A DNA stretch of 59,341 nt, the filler included. It is 4 parts of 4 records of this genome, joined end to end, with 100 filler letters (N's around TTAATTAATTAA, not from the genome) between each part and the next. Parts side by side here need not be neighbours in the genome. Positions count along the whole stretch, not along the records: positions 1 to 12,671 come from DRR723986_10616; positions 12,772 to 28,511 come from DRR723986_10625; 2 more parts are not named here. One strand, written 5' to 3'. This document shows positions 9,897 through 19,483 of the stretch, piece after piece; within the stretch, counting starts at the first letter, position 1; the number at the start of each line of letters is the position of its first letter. A program made the position numbers and the translations under genes. Below the pieces are notes generated by a model. It did no database searches, was not told where the DNA came from, and worked only from the letters and a program-made list of their open reading frames with translations.

Positions 9897-10661
9897 TTAA
9901 AATGTGTACAGCACAGCAATTTGTATTCCCTGGTTCTCCATATCAAAGATGAAGCCCTTGTTTTCGTAGTCGAGGGAGAGGTAACGATAGCCGAAGGACG
10001 TGGTCCAGTTGTCATTGATGTGATAGTTCATCATGGCCATGGCCTGGTAGGTGGAATCGGAGTCACCGGCACCCAGGTCAAAACGCAGCATGCTGCTCCA
10101 GTTTTCGCTCAACTGCAGCTTGACGCGTGTCCCGATGAAGCCATCGAGTACGCTTTCGCTGCCGCTGACATCCTTCGCGCGGCCCAGATTGTCGCCAATC
10201 AACAGGGCGGCAGTGATCTCGTTATCCAGGCTCCAGTATCTCAGGCCGCCAATCAGCTCCACACTTTCGTTAATGTTGTAGCTGAAGCCGCCGTCAAGAA
10301 TCGTCGTTTCCGTCTGGAAGTCGCCCTTGATCGTGGTTCCGGGACCTATCGGTACCAGGTTGCCGACCTTTGCCGCATCATCTTCAATCCTGATGTATTC
10401 GAAGCTACCCCAGTAACCCCAGCTGCCGTTGGTGCCATCGGTGTACAGCGTCAGGGCGCCGTCAAGGTTGCTGACGACATCCTGGATCGACAGGTCGACC
10501 TCGGCCGAACGGCCTTTAACACCGGCTTCCCCTTTCATGCCGAACATGTAGCCGGTCAGGCCAACGCGGCGCTCCCATTCGTCAGCCTGGGCGTGGCCCG
10601 CTGACATCAATGCCACGCACATTACGCCAGTAAGCATGCCGCTTTTGATAACTAGGTTCAT
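9897..10661 (-). CDS. outer-membrane beta-barrel protein
   Basis: Signal peptide AHA-Q, alternating amphipathic strands, GYRYLSLDY, C-terminal YTF. Confidence 0.8.
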   Translation of the reverse strand: MNLVIKSGMLTGVMCVALMSAGHAQADEWERRVGLTGYMFGMKGEAGVKGRSAEVDLSIQDVVSNLDGALTLYTDGTNGSWGYWGSFEYIRIEDDAAKVGNLVPIGPGTTIKGDFQTETTILDGGFSYNINESVELIGGLRYWSLDNEITAALLIGDNLGRAKDVSGSESVLDGFIGTRVKLQLSENWSSMLRFDLGAGDSDSTYQAMAMMNYHINDNWTTSFGYRYLSLDYENKGFIFDMENQGIQIAVLYTF

Positions 10662-10778
10662 TACATACATCCTCAGTGTTTTTGACTCCGGCGAACCCCG
10701 GAATACCCGTAATTTGTAGGAAAGTTTATACCTGATCGCCGGCTGCTTCGAGCGCCGCGTCACGCAAGCCCCAAATTG

Positions 10779-11465
10779 TTATTTGCCGGCAGCTGAATCG
10801 AGCCCCGCACGCAGCTGGCGTGCCCAGTTACGCAGCATACGTTCTGCTTCTGCGCGGTTGGTAACCCCGTTGGTCCACTGGACGCGGCCGGTATCGACAC
10901 CCCGCGCCTTATCCACAACGCGGGCAAGAACCTGTCCTGTGGTACCGTCCACCAGTTCCAGCGACAGCGTCATTTCACCGGTTGAGGTGGTGTAGCTTCG
11001 CGATCTGCCGGGACTCATGGTATCCGGCGCGTTGATGTCGAGGTCAATGATGCTCGGCTTGATGACTAACACCTGGCCGGTGCCGGGATCATCGGTCAAG
11101 TTGTAGGCCGGGGCTTCAAGCAGTGCCTGGCTAAAGGTCTCATGGCACTGCTCGGCGAGGAACGCCCGAATTTGGGTCACATCTTCCTGGGTCACGCGGT
11201 GGTTGAGGTCGACGCGGGAGCTATTCTGGTCGCGAAGCCAGTTCCTGCGAAACGATACCTCGCAGTCGGCCACGGTAAATGCTTCATAGAGGCTCAGGTC
11301 GGCTGCGGGCAGTTTGTAGAGTTTATCAACGCGTGCCTTGGTGTCCCGCACCAGTCCATCATGGGTTACCTCGGTGCTCGGACTACCCGCGCAGGCCGCC
11401 AGTGTAGCGACAGCGAGTGACATGCCCAGATATTTCAAGATGTTGCTGATTGGCTTAGCGTACAT
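10779..11465 (-). CDS. DUF3313-like lipoprotein
   Basis: LAAC lipobox, DGLVR, IIDLDINAPD, GEMTLSLELVDGTTGQVLARVVD. Confidence 0.75.
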   Translation of the reverse strand: MYAKPISNILKYLGMSLAVATLAACAGSPSTEVTHDGLVRDTKARVDKLYKLPAADLSLYEAFTVADCEVSFRRNWLRDQNSSRVDLNHRVTQEDVTQIRAFLAEQCHETFSQALLEAPAYNLTDDPGTGQVLVIKPSIIDLDINAPDTMSPGRSRSYTTSTGEMTLSLELVDGTTGQVLARVVDKARGVDTGRVQWTNGVTNRAEAERMLRNWARQLRAGLDSAAGK

Positions 11466-11756
11466 GGTGTTATCCGTATCTTGATTCTGCAGTGTTACGA
11501 ATTGGCGTATGCCCCGGTTTACCAGGCATAGGAGGCGCTGCTCGTTGGTACCTCAAAATGCGGCCCCGATGATAGTTCAGATAGGGAACGATTTCCAGTT
11601 TGAGCCCCCGTTAACAGTCAGGACATTTCCGGGTCATATAAATTCATATTTTCCAGTTCGTTCGCCAAAAAGTGGGGAGGGTTGATTTCGGGCTTGCAAC
11701 TAAACCGTGGCCTGTTTACGGTAGCGACGGTAAATACCCACAAAAAAATTGAACCT

Positions 11757-12248
11757 ATGGCTACCCGCTCCTACGAGAAACTTAATTGCCCGATCTCCGG
11801 CTTGCTATCCCTTGTGGGAGAACAGTGGACCTTGTTGATCGTGCGCGATCTGGCCCTGGGGCTGACGCGCTTCGAGGATCTGCAGCGCAGTCTGGGATTA
11901 TCGCGCAACATCCTCACGCAACGGCTCAACCGCCTGACGGAGGAGGGTTTCGTCGCGAAGTCGCCGGTCCGGGCCGGTATCAGCCGCTGGCACTACACCC
12001 CGACGGAAAAATGCCTGGAGCTATTGCCGGTCCTGATGGCCATGGCCGAGTGGGGTGAAAAGTGGACGCCGCATCCGCAAGGCAAACGCATGGTGACGGT
12101 TGATGCCGGAACCGGGTCACCGGTACGCGTTGAACTGCGCCGGACCACAGACCGCAAACGCGTTGCACTGGCGGACCTGGCGTTCAGGGCAGGCCCCGGG
12201 GCTGACCCTGGCGTAAAGAAGCATGTTGGCGAGTATTCCGCTGACTGA
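11757..12248 (+). CDS. HxlR-family winged-helix transcriptional regulator
   Basis: CPISGLLSLVGEQWTLLIVRDL, RFEDLQRSLGLSRNILTQRL, LMAMAEWGEKW. Confidence 0.92.
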   Translation: MATRSYEKLNCPISGLLSLVGEQWTLLIVRDLALGLTRFEDLQRSLGLSRNILTQRLNRLTEEGFVAKSPVRAGISRWHYTPTEKCLELLPVLMAMAEWGEKWTPHPQGKRMVTVDAGTGSPVRVELRRTTDRKRVALADLAFRAGPGADPGVKKHVGEYSAD

Positions 12249-12421
12249 CGCGTGGCTCGTTAAGCCAGGCGGGGGCAACACCACCCAGCGCCACTGAAAA
12301 CCCATTTCGGACTGACATCTGGACAGGTTGGCCTACCCGGCCGCCAGGTATCACAGCGGCCGGCTTTTACCCGGGGTGGCAGCCCTCCTTGCAGGCGGTC
12401 CACACAGCGGGAGGCCCTTGC

Positions 12422-12671
12422 TTAGAATCTCCCCCTGATCCTGCTGGCGCCGACACCCGCGATCATTGTCAGCATCAAGCCCACCAGCCATGCTGGCATT
12501 ACCGGTATCGCAACCGGTTGGGCAGGGGGTGTTGGGGGATCGTCCACACAGTTAACGGTGACGTTTCCGACCGCTGCCCCGGCCACGGTCCCGCTACCGT
12601 TCGTTACGGTGCAAGTCTGCCCTGGCGGTTGGGCCGACACGGAGATTGAGTAAGTCGATCCATCTGCCTGC
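12422..12671 (-). CDS. C-terminal fragment of a surface protein with IPTL-CTERM-like sorting signal
   Basis: YSISVSAQPPGQTCTVTNGSGT...VTVNC repeat, Pro linker, AIPVM-TM helix-RIRGRF tail; N-terminus cut at the contig end. Confidence 0.7.
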
Positions 12672-12771
12672 NNNNNNNNNNNNNNNNNNNNNNNNNNNNN
12701 NNNNNNNNNNNNNNNTTAATTAATTAANNNNNNNNNNNNNNNNNNNNNNNNNNNNNNNNNNNNNNNNNNNN
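12672..12771. other. artificial contig spacer (N-run + TTAATTAATTAA + N-run)
   Basis: 100-nt linker with stops in all six frames. Confidence 0.99.
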
Positions 12772-13371
12772 CAAAAGGCCTTTTGAGCCGAGAGAATCTA
12801 ACTGTGAATTGAATTCTGGTTCCCGGACCAGACGCACTTTGGCATCGAGCAATTCGATCCCAAGATCCTCTAGTGCTCCGACGGCGCGTGCTGAGAGCCC
12901 TTTCACCGTTTGCAACTGTTGCTCGGATCCAGGTACCCCAAGTGCTGGCAGGTCGTCGGCTTCTTGGCTCTCGCTTGCGTTGGGAGGGTTCTGATACCAA
13001 GGTGGAAGTCCGTTCTGCGATCGGGGATCGTGCGATTGCAGGTCGTCCCCCAGCGCTTTTAGGAAGGCATCGAGCCCGCAGGGCAACGGTGGTAACTGTC
13101 CCGCGGTGTCAAGCATGGCAAGGACCGAGGCTTCCAGTGAGTCGATGCCGGATGCAGGATTGTAGAGGAGCTTGGAATCACCCAGTGGGACGTGGGATGA
13201 GTCCGGTTTGAGTCGCTTGGACCGAAAGGTCTTTGAAAGGGCATCGACCAGCCCATTTTCCGTCATGTTGGCAGGGATTGCCCACTTGCTAGCCACCACA
13301 ACGAGGGGGCCAAGATTTGGGCCGTACCCCGCCTCATCGACTCCAACGACAATCCGTCGCAAATCTGGCAA
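12772..13371 (-). CDS. ribonuclease HII-like protein (partial, planctomycete type)
   Basis: VGVDEAGYGPNLGPLVV and GDSK motifs; runs off the contig end. Confidence 0.8.
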
Positions 13372-13516
13372 TTCCTTAATCTTTCGTAGCTTTCGTTAGA
13401 TAGCGTGCACATAATAAATCGTCTTCAGACTGTAACGTATGAATTCCGCCACCTTCGTGAACCCGCCTTTGAGAAAACGCTCGCAGATTCTTTGCGATAG
13501 TGTTTGGGAAAAAGCC

Positions 13517-15568
13517 ATGCCGAGACGCGCCCGCCTGTTTGATCATGCCGTCCCCGTCATTTGTGCATTCTTTGCAGTAACGGTGCTCTTGCCCGGTGCT
13601 ACGCCAGCGCAGCAAACGATCACCACTCCCGACGGCAAGACGATCATGCTACCTGCCGGTGTCGACCCTTCGCAGGTGTTGGGTGGAGGGTTTCAGTCTG
13701 GCCGTGTGCCATCGGGCGGCCCCGCTCAGACACCAGGAAAACCGCAACAGGCTCCAAAGGGCGGCAAGCCCGGTGAGAAGCCAGGTGGTAAGCCTGAAGA
13801 TAAGAAGGATGGCGCGAAGAAGGATGGCGAGGCAGAGAAGAAGGGCGGCCCGGTGACTCGCCCCAACGAGCCACCTCAGCCACCCGATATGAAAGAGCTA
13901 GAAGCCAAGCTAACCGATGGCAAACTCTTCTTTCAATTTCGCAATCAACCCTGGGAGAACGTTCTCCAGTGGTACGCTCGTGAAGCGAAGTTGTCGCTCG
14001 ATTGGCAAGAGTTGCCCGGCGATTACATCAATCTGCAAACGCACCGTCCCCATACACTTGAACAGACCGGTGACCTGCTGAATCGAGCACTGCTCATGCG
14101 TGGCTACACGATGCTGCAGCAGGAAGAAGTGCTGATCGTGTCTAAGGTCGAAAACATCAATCCGAGCCTTGTGCCTCGTGTGCGAGCCGAGGAGTTGGGG
14201 GACTTGCCGCCGCATAAGTTTGTTCGGGCGTCCTTCATGCTGACTTGGTTGCTGGCCGAAGAAGTGCACACCGAATTTCAATCCATGCTCAGCAAGAACG
14301 GAAAACTAACTCCGCTGCAGTCGACGAATCGAATTGAGGCCATGGATGCTGCGGCAAATCTTTATGACATTTACAACATTATTCAACAAGAGCAATCTTC
14401 CACAGCGATGGAGAACTTGGCTCGGGAGTTCGTTCTCCAGCACGCCCGTGCGTCGAGTGTGAAACAGCAACTGGAAGTTTTTCTGGGAATGTCCAGTGGC
14501 GGCGCAAGCTCACGTAGCATGAGCTCTAGTCGCGATGCGGCGCGGATGATGCAGCAGCAAATGCAACAGATGCAACAACAAATGCAGCAGCAGATGCGAA
14601 ACGCGCAGAAGTCCGGTGGTAGCGCTGGTGCGTCTCGCAAGCCGCGGCCTGACAACGTCTACTTGGTCTCCAACGATCGCAGCAATAGCCTGATCGTCCA
14701 CGCGCAGCCGAACAAAATGGCGATTATCGAGTCTTTCATCCGCCGCGTGGACGTGAAGAACGAAGATGCGGACTACCAACGACTCGAGAACCGAGTCAAA
14801 GTCTTCCGCTTAGCTTCACTTAGCCCAGCGGAACTCGTCGCATCACTGGAAGCAATGGATGTCCTGGAGCCTCGCACGCAGTTGCAGGTCGACGCGGAAA
14901 ACAATGCGATCATCGCTTACGCTTCCGTGGCTGATCAATACGTGATCAATGAACTCATTTCTCGGCTGGATGGTTCAGAGCGAACATTTGAAGTCATCGA
15001 GCTGCGACGCTTGGATGCCGAATCGGTTGCTGGCAGCATTAAGTTCTTGATGGGTGCCGATGAAGAAGACAGCAACAACAATCGGAATCGATATTACGGT
15101 TTTGATTACTACGGTCGCAGCCAGCAGAAGAAGAGCAACGATAAGATGCGCGTTGGAGCAAACGTGCAAGACAATCAAGTGCTGCTGTGGGCCAATCCGA
15201 TCGAAATGGAGGAAGTGCAGAAGCTGCTGGTGAAGCTCGGTGAGCTGCCACCCGAAGGCGGCAATCCAAGTACCGTTCGCGTCATTGATGCATCGCGGCA
15301 ACCCGAAACCTACGAATACCTCAAACGACTGAAAGAGCAGTGGGAATTGACCAGCCCCAACCCGCTGGTCATACCTGATGAGGCTGAATTCAGTGATCCG
15401 AACGCTCCGACAGAGACCGAGGAAGAATCTACTGGAGAGGCGGCTGAAGAGAAGACCGAAGAGGCGGCTGACGCACCGGTTGCCGACGAAGTGACACAAA
15501 ATGCTGATCAAGGTGGCTCCGGTGGCGGCGCAGAGTCTTCTGCCGCGACAGCGACCACGTCGCAGTAG
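13517..15568 (+). CDS. secretin N-terminal (N0/NolW-like repeat) domain protein
   Basis: Signal peptide; FQFRNQPWENVLQW N0-like domain; repeated DxRSNSLIV/DAENNAII/IRRVD, ISRLD N-domains. Confidence 0.8.
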   Translation: MPRRARLFDHAVPVICAFFAVTVLLPGATPAQQTITTPDGKTIMLPAGVDPSQVLGGGFQSGRVPSGGPAQTPGKPQQAPKGGKPGEKPGGKPEDKKDGAKKDGEAEKKGGPVTRPNEPPQPPDMKELEAKLTDGKLFFQFRNQPWENVLQWYAREAKLSLDWQELPGDYINLQTHRPHTLEQTGDLLNRALLMRGYTMLQQEEVLIVSKVENINPSLVPRVRAEELGDLPPHKFVRASFMLTWLLAEEVHTEFQSMLSKNGKLTPLQSTNRIEAMDAAANLYDIYNIIQQEQSSTAMENLAREFVLQHARASSVKQQLEVFLGMSSGGASSRSMSSSRDAARMMQQQMQQMQQQMQQQMRNAQKSGGSAGASRKPRPDNVYLVSNDRSNSLIVHAQPNKMAIIESFIRRVDVKNEDADYQRLENRVKVFRLASLSPAELVASLEAMDVLEPRTQLQVDAENNAIIAYASVADQYVINELISRLDGSERTFEVIELRRLDAESVAGSIKFLMGADEEDSNNNRNRYYGFDYYGRSQQKKSNDKMRVGANVQDNQVLLWANPIEMEEVQKLLVKLGELPPEGGNPSTVRVIDASRQPETYEYLKRLKEQWELTSPNPLVIPDEAEFSDPNAPTETEEESTGEAAEEKTEEAADAPVADEVTQNADQGGSGGGAESSAATATTSQ

Positions 15569-15954
15569 CCTCGCTCGTCTGATTCTTCCACTGCCCGCTT
15601 AGTCGATTCCGGCGGCAATTACACGGCGTCGTTTACAGGACGTCATTCACAGGGGCCAAGTTCAACGCTGGCCGCGATCCATTCAGCGATTTGCCACGGG
15701 GCTAAACTTCCAAGGTATGGATTCCCGCAATCCGAACCGTGCGTTCTACAGGGTTGCGAAACCTTAAGCCAGCAGAGCGGCTATGCGCAAAATCGTTCAG
15801 ATTGTGGCGAATCGACGACAGCCCAGTCTGCAACCTCTTTACACCGCGGCACCGGGCTGACAGACTCGCGTTCACGCGGACCTGAGGTGCTCCGCGGCTC
15901 CGGCAATCATGAGGACGACCCGGCTCACCTATCGCTCAGCGAGGTACTTCGAAA

Positions 15955-16470
15955 GTGTTTGAACTGATCATTATGCGGCATGCTAAGAGCGATTGGGCTC
16001 GCGGCGAGCTATCGGACTTTGACCGTCCGCTCAACGCGCGGGGGCTTCGAACCGCGCCAGCTATGGGCAGTTTTCTAACTGAGCAAGATGTTGCTCCGGA
16101 CCATGTTCTCTGTAGCACCGCAAACCGGGCGCGTCAGACGCTGGACCTGGTGCTTCCAGCCATGCCCAATCCCCCCACGGTCGATTACGAAGATTCGCTT
16201 TACTTGGCCGCTCCGATGCATTTGCGTGAGCAAGTTAGCAAGGTGCAAGCATCCGTCAGGCGACTGATGATCGTTGGCCACAATCCGGGCTTGAGTTTGT
16301 TTGCCACTTACCTGTCGGGCGAAGACTTTGAATTGCCAACCGCGGCCGTCGTCCGGCTTTACTGTGATGATTCGTCAAGCTGGTCTGACGCTTCGCAGCA
16401 GAACGCCTGGAGAGCCGACGCTTTTTGGCATCCGAGAGAGGTCCTGACTCAATCGTCGGAGCTGAACTAG
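15955..16470 (+). CDS. sixA: phosphohistidine phosphatase SixA
   Basis: LIIMRHAKS, DFDRPLNARG, STANRARQT, VGHNP. Confidence 0.9.
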   Translation: MFELIIMRHAKSDWARGELSDFDRPLNARGLRTAPAMGSFLTEQDVAPDHVLCSTANRARQTLDLVLPAMPNPPTVDYEDSLYLAAPMHLREQVSKVQASVRRLMIVGHNPGLSLFATYLSGEDFELPTAAVVRLYCDDSSSWSDASQQNAWRADAFWHPREVLTQSSELN

Positions 16471-16578
16471 AGCTTCAGTCCGATATTCTCGACGAACGCG
16501 GGCTTCGCTCCAGTGCAAAGTGCCGGCTGGTCGGTGAGGCTGTCCACGGTCCTTTGCCGAAGCCATTGCCCTGCCGTT

Positions 16579-17364
16579 CTAGATCATTTGCATTAGGCTG
16601 TTGCGGGGAAGCGGTGTGTCCCCGAGAGCCGCTTTGTCGATCAAGAAATACAACTGTCCGGCGGTTGGGCGAATGAGCTGCGACGGCAGTTGCTCTGCAG
16701 GTCCCTCAGCATGCCAAAGTTTCAGAAGTGCTTCCTGCTTCTTCTCTCCGCTGATCAGAAAGGCAACGTTGCGAGCTGCGTTGATTGCCGGGGCCGTTAA
16801 GGTCATTCGGAAAGTCTCAAGCTGTGGTACCTCGTTACCAACAAACGTCTTCTTGGATTCCGAAAGTGCTTTGGTGCCAGGAAACAGGGAAGCCGTATGG
16901 ACGTCGTCTCCCATACCCAACAGCACGCAGTCGATAATGGGTTGGCCGTCTCGTTCCACGGTCAACTTTTCACGTAGGATAGTTTCGTATGCCTTCGCCG
17001 CAGTAAAAACGTCTTCGCCAGGCGAAGGGATGGCGAGAATGTTGTCTGCAGGGATCGAAATCTGGTTCAGCAAGTTCTCCTTTACCATCAGGAAATTGCT
17101 GTCGGCGTGATCCGGTGCAACGTTCCGCTCATCACCCCACAGCAATACTACTTTGCTCCAGTCAACTCGATCGGCTTGCTCCGCCAGAATTTGTAGCATC
17201 CGTTTCGGCGTCGAGCCGCCGGAAAGCGCTAGGGCGAACGGGCGCTCACGCAGTTCTTCGTCTCGGAAGTGCGCATCGATGAGACGCGTCAACCAAACGG
17301 CGGCATACTGCGCAAGTGCTTCCCCATCGCTACAGAGATGAATTTGATCTCGACGTTGAATCAT
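16579..17364 (-). CDS. pgl: 6-phosphogluconolactonase
   Basis: ALSGGSTP, WGDERNV, LLGMGDDVHTASLFP, RMTLT. Confidence 0.95.
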   Translation of the reverse strand: MIQRRDQIHLCSDGEALAQYAAVWLTRLIDAHFRDEELRERPFALALSGGSTPKRMLQILAEQADRVDWSKVVLLWGDERNVAPDHADSNFLMVKENLLNQISIPADNILAIPSPGEDVFTAAKAYETILREKLTVERDGQPIIDCVLLGMGDDVHTASLFPGTKALSESKKTFVGNEVPQLETFRMTLTAPAINAARNVAFLISGEKKQEALLKLWHAEGPAEQLPSQLIRPTAGQLYFLIDKAALGDTPLPRNSLMQMI

Positions 17365-17511
17365 GGTGAGTCGTTTATTTCTCTAATTGCTCCGCAGGGT
17401 ACCGCTGAGTTCAATTAGTTGCTGGCGAGTTGAAGCTTTGTGTTGTTCTGGGGCAGGAAGCGTGTCCGGTGAACAGGCTGCATGAGCAGGCCGCATGAGC
17501 AGCCGGCGGGG

Positions 17512-18936
17512 TCAGGCCTGTGGTTGCGTCATCCGCATCGGATCCAGTGCCTCTTTCAGCTCTTCTTCGCTGACGATCTTCTGCTCGATGCAAAGCTCGC
17601 GAATTGTCTTACCGGTGGCAAACGCTTCCTTGGTGAGTTTGGAGGCCTTCTCGTATCCAATCAGTGGATTGAGACTGGTCGACATCGACAAGCTCTGTTC
17701 GACGGCCGCTTCACATTCTTTTTCGTTTGCCTTGATTCCGTTTGCACAGAATTCAATGAAGGCTTCGATGCCCGAGCTCATCAAATGAACACTTTCCAAC
17801 GTCGTGTGTCCCATCACGGGCATCATGATATTCAACTGGAAATTGCCGCCTGCCGCACCGGAGACGGTGATCGTTTGATCGTTGCCCATGACCCGAGCGG
17901 CGACTTGCATCATGCTTTCGCACATTACTGGGTTGACCTTGCCAGGCATAATGGAGCTACCCGGAGCTCGTTCGGGCAGGGAGACCTCGAAGAACCCGCA
18001 TCTCGGGCCAGATCCCAACCAGCGGATATTGTTGGCAAGATTGAAAAGGGTGGAAGCGATCGTCTTCAGGTTCCCGTGGCACTCGACCAAACCATCGCGA
18101 TTCGCATTGGCTTCAAAGTGATCGGCTGCTTCGACGAAAGCCAGGCCGGTTTCGCCAGCGAGTACTTCTGCGACTCGGTGGCCAAATTCGGGATGCGTGT
18201 TAATGCCCGAGCCAACCGCGGTCCCGCCGACGGGCAATTCGAGAACCGATTCTAGAGCTCTTTTTGCGCGACCAATGGACAACTCAATCTGCCGGGCGAA
18301 GCCACCAAATTCCTGCCCAAGTCGCAGTGGAGTGGCGTCCATCAAGTGCGTTCGACCGATCTTGATGACCTCGTCCCACTCCTTGGCCTTGGCGGCCAGC
18401 ACGCTGTGCAAGTGCTCCAAGGCGGGGATCAAGGACTCGTGAATGGACTTGGCGACCGCGACGTGGATGGCTGTCGGAAAAGTGTCGTTGGTGCTCTGCC
18501 CCATGTTCACGTGATCGTTTGGGTGGATCGGCTTGTCGACCAAGAACCGATCGCCACCAACGATCTCGATCGCCCGATTGGCGATCACTTCGTTTACATT
18601 CATGTTGCTGCTGGTGCCCGATCCCGTCTGGAAGACATCGATCGGAAACTGGTCAGCCATTTCGCCCTCGGCGACTTCACGCGCGGCTTGCAGGAGGGCA
18701 TCGATTTGAGCATTTTCTAGTGGGTTCTTGCCGGTTCCGGACAGTTTGCCCAGATCGCGATTTGCGGTCGCACAGGCAAACTTGACCCAACCCATCGCAC
18801 AAATCAACTTCGCCGGGAGTCGCCAGCCGGATACGGGGAAGTTCTCGACGGCTCGCTGAGTTTGAGCGCTGTAGTAGGCCTTCGCAGGGACCTGAACTTC
18901 CCCCATTGAGTCTTGTTCGGTGCGGAATTCGGACAT
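17512..18936 (-). CDS. fumC: class II fumarate hydratase
   Basis: QTGSGTSSNMNVNEV, GQSTNDTFPT, GRTHLMDA, PGSSIMPGKVNP. Confidence 0.95.
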   Translation of the reverse strand: MSEFRTEQDSMGEVQVPAKAYYSAQTQRAVENFPVSGWRLPAKLICAMGWVKFACATANRDLGKLSGTGKNPLENAQIDALLQAAREVAEGEMADQFPIDVFQTGSGTSSNMNVNEVIANRAIEIVGGDRFLVDKPIHPNDHVNMGQSTNDTFPTAIHVAVAKSIHESLIPALEHLHSVLAAKAKEWDEVIKIGRTHLMDATPLRLGQEFGGFARQIELSIGRAKRALESVLELPVGGTAVGSGINTHPEFGHRVAEVLAGETGLAFVEAADHFEANANRDGLVECHGNLKTIASTLFNLANNIRWLGSGPRCGFFEVSLPERAPGSSIMPGKVNPVMCESMMQVAARVMGNDQTITVSGAAGGNFQLNIMMPVMGHTTLESVHLMSSGIEAFIEFCANGIKANEKECEAAVEQSLSMSTSLNPLIGYEKASKLTKEAFATGKTIRELCIEQKIVSEEELKEALDPMRMTQPQA

Positions 18937-19483
18937 GATTGGCTACCTAAGAGTAACTGCGAGGACGTTTCAGAGTTAAGCGTTTCGAATCCGTGACGGC
19001 CAAACGAGGAGGGCATGCGTTTGGGTCGTGATTGCAGAATATGCACGTGGCGGGACTCTAAATCGTATCCGTCTTCGGAAAGTTGCCAACGGGACTTGCC
19101 GCGACGTAGCCTCCGCTTCGGGTTTTGACGCACTCATATTGATGCGGTGGTGTGCAGTGTCTGTGCGGAGTTTTTGGTGGGAAAATGTGAGCTGGAAGCC
19201 TGTCCAGAGTTCGGGGCGGGTTGGCGGCGTGCGCGAGGGTCGCGCCGTAAAAGCTGCTAAGGGGTGTTCCTACGCCTGCAATTCCGCTTTGAGGGAATTC
19301 AGGTTAGCCAACTCGTCGCGGGATGCGTTATATTCTTGCCCACAAGTGATTGCTGGCAATTGCGCTGACAGTTCCCGCGGTATGCAGATCCTTCGGAATG
19401 CAGGATTGCCGAGGTTCAGTCACGCGGTGAGCCTTGTGGCCAGTGTCGAGCTCCGATTCGAGTTTTGTCTTGCAGAGATTCCA

